This document shows, piece by piece, positions 58,187-64,000 of a stretch of DNA of 64,000 bases. Position 1 is the first letter of the stretch, and the number at the start of each line of letters is the position of its first letter. The DNA comes from Candidatus Woesearchaeota archaeon (GTDB lineage Archaea; Nanobdellota; Nanobdellia; Woesearchaeales; GW2011-AR9), in contig JABHQW010000003.1 in assembly GCA_018696595.1 (NCBI GenBank), positions 96,001-160,000 on the forward strand. Direction: 5' to 3'. The notes below the pieces were generated by a model, which worked only from the letters and a program-made list of their open reading frames with translations, made no database searches and was not told the DNA's origin. The position numbers and the translations under genes were made by a program.

Positions 58187-60187
58187 ATGATAGGAATAAT
58201 TGCTATAATTGTTAGTTTAATTGCTTTAGCTTACGCTGGATATCTTTCTATGAAAATCATGAAGATAAAACCAGGTACAGAGAAAATGCAAGAAATTGCT
58301 AATGCTATTAAAGAGGGAGCAATGGCTTACATGGCTCGACAATACAAAACTATTGCTATATTTGCAATAATTATCACAATTTTACTTTTCTGGCTATTTA
58401 ACATACCAATAGCTACAGGATTCTTATTTGGAGCGATCCTTTCAGGAATTTCTGGTTACATTGGAATGTCTATAGCTGTAAGAGCTAATGTTAGAACTGC
58501 ACAAACTGCTAAAAAAGGAATTAAAGAAGCATTAAGTGTTGCTTTCCAAGGTGGAGCAGTTACAGGAATGGCAGTTGTAGGTTTAGCTTTATTTGCAATC
58601 AGTGTATTTTATACTATTTTCAAAGATCCAGCAATGTTGGTTGGACTTGGTTTTGGAGCTTCTTTAATTAGTTTGTTCGCTAGAGTTGGTGGCGGAATTT
58701 ATACTAAAGCTGCTGACGTTGGAGCAGATTTAGTTGGAAAAATTGAAGCAGGCATCCCTGAAGACGATCCTCGAAACCCAGCAGTTATCGCTGATAATGT
58801 TGGAGATAATGTTGGAGATTGTGCGGGAATGGGTGCTGACTTATACGAAACTTATGTAGTTACAATTTTGGCAGCAATGCTATTAGCAATGATTCCATCA
58901 GTATCACAAATGTATAACATGACAATTGAATTGCCTTTAATGTTTGGTTCTGTAGCAATTGTTGGTTCAATTGTAGGAACATGGTTTGTTCGTTTAGGAA
59001 AATCAGGAAACATTATGGGGGCTTTGTATAAAGGATTAATTGCCTCAGGTGTACTTTCAGCAATTGGTTTCTATTTAATCATCTACTTTACTAATAACCC
59101 ATTAAATTTGTTTTTAGCAGCTGTTGTAGGTTTAGTTATCACCATCTTAATCAATGTGATTACTGAATATTACACCAGTACTAAATATAGACCAGTTAAA
59201 GCAGTTGCAGAAGCTTCCCTTACAGGAGCAGGTACAAACTTGATTAGAGGATTAGCAATTGGTTTAGAATCAACAATCCTTCCAGTATTAGTTATCTGTG
59301 GTGGAATTATTGCAGCTTACATGTTAGCAGGAGTTTACGGAATTGCAATCGCAGCAGTGTCAATGCTTTCATTAACTGGAATTATTATTGCTATGGACAC
59401 TTACGGACCAATTACAGACAATGCTGGAGGAATCGCAGAAATGGCTGGATTAGATAAGAAAGTTAGAAAGAACACTGACGCTTTAGATGCTGTTGGTAAT
59501 ACTACTAAAGCTGTTACTAAAGGTTATGCTGTTGGTTCAGCTGCACTTGGTGCTTTAGCTTTGTTCGTTGCATTTACTCAAGAAATTAAGCATGTAATTA
59601 ATGTACCAGTAAGTTTCTTGTTAACTAATCCCGCAGTTGTTGTAGGATTATTTATCGGAGCTTTGTTACCGTTTGCTTTTTCAGCAGTGTTAATGACAGC
59701 AGTAGGAACATCTGCACACGCAATCGTTGTGGAAGTAAGAAGACAATTCAAAGAAATTAAAGGTATCATGACTGGTAAAGGAAAACCAAATTATGCTAAG
59801 TGTGTTGATATTGTTACAAAGGCAGCTTTGCGTAACATGATCTTACCGGCAGTAATTGCAATCGCTGCCCCTCTTGCAGTAGGAATGATATTAGGAATCA
59901 AAGCATTAGGTGGATTATTAATCGGAGTTATTTTATCTGGATTAATGATGGCTCTGTTTATGAGTAACGCTGGAGCAACATGGGATAACGCTAAGAAATA
60001 CATTGAAGATGGCAACCATGGTGGTAAAGGTAAAGATGCACATAAAGCAGCAATTGTTGGTGACACTGTAGGAGATCCATTTAAAGATACTGCAGGACCT
60101 GCATTGAACGCTTTAATCAAAGTAATTAACACGTTTGCAATAGTTTTCGCACCGTTGTTTGTTGCTTATGGGTTGAATCTGTTTTAA
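58187..60187 (+). CDS. hppA: membrane-integral proton-pumping pyrophosphatase, K+-independent type
   Basis: [50 protein letters not shown] (Lys at the K+-determinant site), [11 protein letters not shown]. Confidence 0.95.
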   Translation: MIGIIAIIVSLIALAYAGYLSMKIMKIKPGTEKMQEIANAIKEGAMAYMARQYKTIAIFAIIITILLFWLFNIPIATGFLFGAILSGISGYIGMSIAVRANVRTAQTAKKGIKEALSVAFQGGAVTGMAVVGLALFAISVFYTIFKDPAMLVGLGFGASLISLFARVGGGIYTKAADVGADLVGKIEAGIPEDDPRNPAVIADNVGDNVGDCAGMGADLYETYVVTILAAMLLAMIPSVSQMYNMTIELPLMFGSVAIVGSIVGTWFVRLGKSGNIMGALYKGLIASGVLSAIGFYLIIYFTNNPLNLFLAAVVGLVITILINVITEYYTSTKYRPVKAVAEASLTGAGTNLIRGLAIGLESTILPVLVICGGIIAAYMLAGVYGIAIAAVSMLSLTGIIIAMDTYGPITDNAGGIAEMAGLDKKVRKNTDALDAVGNTTKAVTKGYAVGSAALGALALFVAFTQEIKHVINVPVSFLLTNPAVVVGLFIGALLPFAFSAVLMTAVGTSAHAIVVEVRRQFKEIKGIMTGKGKPNYAKCVDIVTKAALRNMILPAVIAIAAPLAVGMILGIKALGGLLIGVILSGLMMALFMSNAGATWDNAKKYIEDGNHGGKGKDAHKAAIVGDTVGDPFKDTAGPALNALIKVINTFAIVFAPLFVAYGLNLF

Positions 60188-60235
60188 TTTTCTTTTTTAA
60201 TTTTTTCATAAAAGTAAAATCATAGTTGAAGGAAA

Positions 60236-60841
60236 ATGACAAACACTGAATCAAAATTAAGAGAAGCTAATGAAAAACACCATCAGTTAAGTTCTGCTTT
60301 TCTGGAATTAGGTTTTTCTATCATTCATATTGATACACTTAAAGAGGATCAAGGAATAGGGTTACCTTATCCACATCAGTTCTTAAGAAAAGACTATCAA
60401 GAAGCCCCAAGCCTTTATTTACGACTAGGTATTCCTTTTAATGCCAAAGTTGAGGAGTTCATGGGAATTGAAGCAGAAGAAAGAGGAGATCCAAAAGTGT
60501 ATGAAACGGCTGGGCCTTTTAACCACGGATTATTACCATTCCTCCAATATTTATCCCATGACCCTCTACTAAAAGGAGTTATCCAAAGAATGGGTTTTGA
60601 ATTTGGAAGTAGTTCCACCAGTAAATTATACATGGGGCCAGAAGAAGAAAAAATGATGATAGAAGGATTTAATCTTTATCCTCAAGAACAGTTTCAAGTA
60701 GGAAGGAGTAGCCATTCTTATGATTATTTAAAGAATGATCCACAACTAATTGTTGTTGGAATATCACAATTGGATCAAATGTTAAAAGAGTATCATAAAA
60801 TTGCAATGATGGTAGATAAGTATAAGCATCATCCTGTTTAG
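60236..60841 (+). CDS. hypothetical protein
   Basis: 201-aa ORF. Confidence 0.6.
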   Translation: MTNTESKLREANEKHHQLSSAFLELGFSIIHIDTLKEDQGIGLPYPHQFLRKDYQEAPSLYLRLGIPFNAKVEEFMGIEAEERGDPKVYETAGPFNHGLLPFLQYLSHDPLLKGVIQRMGFEFGSSSTSKLYMGPEEEKMMIEGFNLYPQEQFQVGRSSHSYDYLKNDPQLIVVGISQLDQMLKEYHKIAMMVDKYKHHPV

Positions 60842-60885
60842 AATTTTTTTACTTTTTTTATTCTAAAATTCAAATAGAAATAATT

Positions 60886-61320
60886 TTAACGTTGATAACT
60901 TCTAATTAAACCGGGTTTAGAAGAATTCATAATTGCCCCAGCATAGTCACTTATAGTTACTAAACCCCTTGGCTTTGGATGAAAAGTTGCCCCACCATCT
61001 TGCCAATCTTCAGAAATCTGAGGATCTGGGTTACTTGAAGTACCAATAATTTCTCCACGGTGTAATCTCTTAAACTCAGGAACTAATTGTGGGCCATATT
61101 CTCCACCCATCAATTCAGAGTCACAAAGAATTTTATCATAAGTTCTTTCTGCCAATAATTCAACTGCTTCTACTCCACTAGTAGCTAGATCAACTCTGGC
61201 TCCTCTTAGTTCTAAATGACCCCCTACTGCTTCTAGTAATGCTTCATTATCATCTACCACTAAGATTCTAGTTTGATAGATTTTTGCAGGTACAGTTCCA
61301 AATAAATTATTTATTGGCAT
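60886..61320 (-). CDS. single-domain response regulator receiver
   Basis: ILVVDD, YDKILCD (phospho-Asp), TS, KP. Confidence 0.8.
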   Translation of the reverse strand: MPINNLFGTVPAKIYQTRILVVDDNEALLEAVGGHLELRGARVDLATSGVEAVELLAERTYDKILCDSELMGGEYGPQLVPEFKRLHRGEIIGTSSNPDPQISEDWQDGGATFHPKPRGLVTISDYAGAIMNSSKPGLIRSYQR

Positions 61321-61439
61321 GAGACTAGCATTTCATCTGTTTTGTTTATAAAACTATCTGTTTCGTATATAATGTATATGTTTCTAATAAATTCAAACTA
61401 ATCATTAAATTTATAAATGAGATAAAAGATATAACTAAC

Positions 61440-62468
61440 ATGATTTGTTTCATAGCTTTAATTGTATTTGGAATCTTAGGGATCTTTTCAGCTACACATA
61501 GAAAGATTGCTTTAGAAGCTTTTGATTGTGTTTTCAGAAAGATTACTTTAAGAAAATGCTCAACTGGATTAGATGTAAGAATTAAAAGTTCTATTACGGG
61601 AAGATTCTTAAGAAAAAATCCGCGAACAGGTAAATTAATTTACAAACATTTTGAGATCATTTCTTGGATGTTTACAATCTTATTAATTGCTAGTTTAGTT
61701 TGGACAGGAATTTCTGGATATAATTATTACGTTTATGGAAATTGTAACGGCCCAAGTGTAGATGATCAGAGCGGGTTATGTTTATTTGATCCAACTGGAA
61801 GTAATGCTGAGATAACTGAATGTGATAATGAAGATTTAACTGCTCAAACAGAAGGAACAGAACCAACTATAGAAGGAATTGATTTGTCATTATTCCCAAC
61901 ATACGAACCAAAAGAATCTCAAGACCAGTTAGTTTATGTTGGCTGTTATACTTGCAGTAATACTAAGAAAGTTAATCCCACAATTAATGAGTTAGTTATT
62001 AAAAACAAAGAAAGTTTAAAGTTTACATTTATACATCTACTTTTTACTAGAGAACAGGACTATATTTCTAAAATTGAAAACTGTTTATACGAAGCTGATA
62101 AAGCTGCATTCTGGAAATTCCATAATACACTGATGCAAATGTCAGCCGAACAAGTTAAAGATAAAGAAGAGGTTCTAGGAATACTCAACAAAATTGAAGA
62201 GATAAAAGCTAGTGAAATTATTTTTTGTAGTAATACTATACAAGCAGAAGAATTATTTCAAAAACAGCTTAGAGAGATTAATAAAATTAATTTAGAAGGA
62301 ACACCAACAATCTTTGTTAATGATCAAGTGTTTATAGGACCTAAACCATTACGTGTCTATGAGAAACAGTTAAGCACAGATGTGGACTGGTTTGGAATTG
62401 GATTAATTGGCTTAGGTGTTTTGATTATATTAATTATGATTTACTTTGCTGTGTTTAAGAGAGAATAA
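61440..62468 (+). CDS. membrane-anchored thioredoxin/DsbA-like protein
   Basis: CYTC (CxxC), FWKFHNTL, EGTPTIFVN; N- and C-terminal TMs. Confidence 0.75.
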   Translation: MICFIALIVFGILGIFSATHRKIALEAFDCVFRKITLRKCSTGLDVRIKSSITGRFLRKNPRTGKLIYKHFEIISWMFTILLIASLVWTGISGYNYYVYGNCNGPSVDDQSGLCLFDPTGSNAEITECDNEDLTAQTEGTEPTIEGIDLSLFPTYEPKESQDQLVYVGCYTCSNTKKVNPTINELVIKNKESLKFTFIHLLFTREQDYISKIENCLYEADKAAFWKFHNTLMQMSAEQVKDKEEVLGILNKIEEIKASEIIFCSNTIQAEELFQKQLREINKINLEGTPTIFVNDQVFIGPKPLRVYEKQLSTDVDWFGIGLIGLGVLIILIMIYFAVFKRE

Positions 62469-62470
62469 AT

Positions 62471-63730
62471 ATGCTAGAATCAATCTTTGGAAAGAAAATA
62501 GATTTCAATGAACTTAGAAAAGATTTCACAGTTCTAAATAGAACTATCAATGATAAACCAATAATTTATTTTGATAATGCGTGTATGTCCTTAAGACCAA
62601 AACAAGTTCTGAAAGTAATGAATGAATATTATAATAAGTTCCCTGGTTGTGCAGGAAGAAGTAACCACACAATAAGTGAGGAAGTTAATAAAGCAGTAGA
62701 AAAAGCAAGAGAAAGTATTGCTAAATTTTTTCATGCCAAGCCCGAAGCAGTTGTGTTTACAAAAAACTGTACAGAAGCAATCAATCTTGTTGCCAACGCT
62801 TTTCCATTTGAAAATGGTGATGTTGTATTAACAACAGACAAAGAACATAATTCAAACTTAATCCCCTGGTTACGTTTACAAAAGAAATGGTTGATTAAAC
62901 ATGATGTTATTAATTCTGAACCTAAAAATATATTTTCCACAGACGAGCTGATTAAGAAACTTAACCAGTATAAAGGAAAAATAAAATTGGTTAGCGTTGT
63001 TTATACTTCCAATTTAGATGGAGTAAGCAACCCAGTAAAAGATATTATTAGAATTTGTCATAAACATAAAGTAAAAGTTTTATTAGATTGTTCTCAATCT
63101 GCTTTACATCATGAGATAAATATTAAAAAGTTAGATGCAGACTTCATTGCAGTTTCTTCTCACAAAATGTTAGGACCAAACGGAGTTGGCGCCTTAATTT
63201 CTACAAAAGAAAACCTAGAGATGTTAGATCAGTTCTTGGTTGGCGGAGAGACAGTACAAGATTCAAGTTATGATGATTTTGTGGTTGAAAAAATTCCTGA
63301 AAGATTTGAAGCAGGATTACAGAATTATCCTGGAATAATTGGATTTGGAGAAGCAATAAAATATTTAGACAAAATTGGGTTTAAGAATATTCATGAACAA
63401 TTAATCAAACTCAATTCAGTAGCAACTGCTGGCCTGTCTGAAATTAAGAATGTTAAAATCTTAGGTCCAATTAATGCTTCTAAAAGATCAGGAATTATTT
63501 CTTTTGTAATAAAAGGAAAGAAAGTTCACGAAGTTTCTTTATTATTAAATAACATGCATAACATTATGGTTAGATCTGGAGCTCATTGTGTTCATTCTTG
63601 GTTTAATAAAATTGAAAATAAAGAATCTGTGTTTAAAGATGGAACTGTTCGTGCTAGTTTTGGTTTCTATAATACAATTGAAGAAGTTGAAATCTTTGTT
63701 AAAGCTGTTAAAGAGATTAGCGAATTATAA
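62471..63730 (+). CDS. sufS: SufS-type cysteine desulfurase
   Basis: IYFDNACMS, KEHNSNLIPW, SSHKMLGP, RFEAGLQN, VRSGAHC. Confidence 0.88.
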   Translation: MLESIFGKKIDFNELRKDFTVLNRTINDKPIIYFDNACMSLRPKQVLKVMNEYYNKFPGCAGRSNHTISEEVNKAVEKARESIAKFFHAKPEAVVFTKNCTEAINLVANAFPFENGDVVLTTDKEHNSNLIPWLRLQKKWLIKHDVINSEPKNIFSTDELIKKLNQYKGKIKLVSVVYTSNLDGVSNPVKDIIRICHKHKVKVLLDCSQSALHHEINIKKLDADFIAVSSHKMLGPNGVGALISTKENLEMLDQFLVGGETVQDSSYDDFVVEKIPERFEAGLQNYPGIIGFGEAIKYLDKIGFKNIHEQLIKLNSVATAGLSEIKNVKILGPINASKRSGIISFVIKGKKVHEVSLLLNNMHNIMVRSGAHCVHSWFNKIENKESVFKDGTVRASFGFYNTIEEVEIFVKAVKEISEL

Positions 63731-63787
63731 AGATATGTTTTCTTAATGTTGTTACTAGATGAATTACTGATTTATCATTAATGAGTG

Positions 63788-64000
63788 ATGAACTGCGAAA
63801 CATTTATAAATGAATTACGTCATTTTAAGGTTATGCCTAACGATCAAACTGAATTGGAAGATCTTGTAGAATCTCCAAGTAAAGAACAAGATAGTGAGAA
63901 CCGAAAAAGAAGAAGAGCAGATATTCTTGAAGATTTAAGAGATAAATCAAACCGAGTAGAAAGTGCCAGTGAAGTTGTAAAATTAGTTTTAGATACATTA
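63788..64000 (+). CDS. partial hypothetical protein, open at the window end
   Basis: Frame MNCETFINELRHFKV... has no stop before 64000. Confidence 0.5.
   Translation, partial: MNCETFINELRHFKVMPNDQTELEDLVESPSKEQDSENRKRRRADILEDLRDKSNRVESASEVVKLVLDTL

Noticed and set aside
3841-62940. Many antisense or overlapping ORFs in the track (e.g. 3841-4575, 11675-12244, 30589-30939, 59791-60132)
   Set aside because: They lie opposite well-supported genes and have the F/L/S/I-rich composition of shadow frames.
1-64000. CRISPR array or cas genes
   Set aside because: No regularly spaced repeat-spacer units or Cas motifs seen. The RecB-like DUF2779 protein lacks the Cas4 Cys cluster arrangement and Cas context.

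Overview
This is an AT-rich archaeal genome segment, most consistent with a DPANN/Woesearchaeota-like organism (inference from an archaeal-type LeuRS, an intron-containing tRNA, PUA/PIN/Hel308 genes and leaderless TATA promoters). It also carries many bacterial-type genes (recQ, csp, RsuA-family pseudouridine synthase, rarA). About 0.8-14.6 kb is a defence island. It contains an EVE-like-HNH nuclease, a small B3/EcoRII-N-like protein, an operon of tandem-DUF1232 protein + PLD-SF2 helicase + unannotated 56-aa ORF + SMC/Rad50-like ATPase + Dnd-associated small protein (pbeABCD-like), and a complete dndBCDEA phosphorothioation operon. dndC has no canonical start codon and probably begins at an ATA overlapping the dndB stop. 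The most unusual signal is a 24-aa C-terminal module (NIxxxxENxExxEIRLLxLKHKIL) shared by two otherwise unrelated proteins on either side of the pbe/dnd cluster, with mostly synonymous DNA differences in its core. One carrier is the DUF1232 protein. The other is a PC4-like protein coupled to a DUF2779 nuclease next to recQ. The rest is mainly housekeeping and hypothetical genes. Oddities there include a Hel308 lacking its first motor domain, a ThiH/HydG-like radical SAM operon, two related GC-rich hairpin elements, a tRNA-Ile with two introns (one an 84-nt multi-hairpin T-loop intron), a methyltransferase flanked by an exact 22-bp direct repeat, Ig/cadherin-like surface proteins and a K+-independent membrane pyrophosphatase. 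Family assignments come from motif recognition, not database searches.
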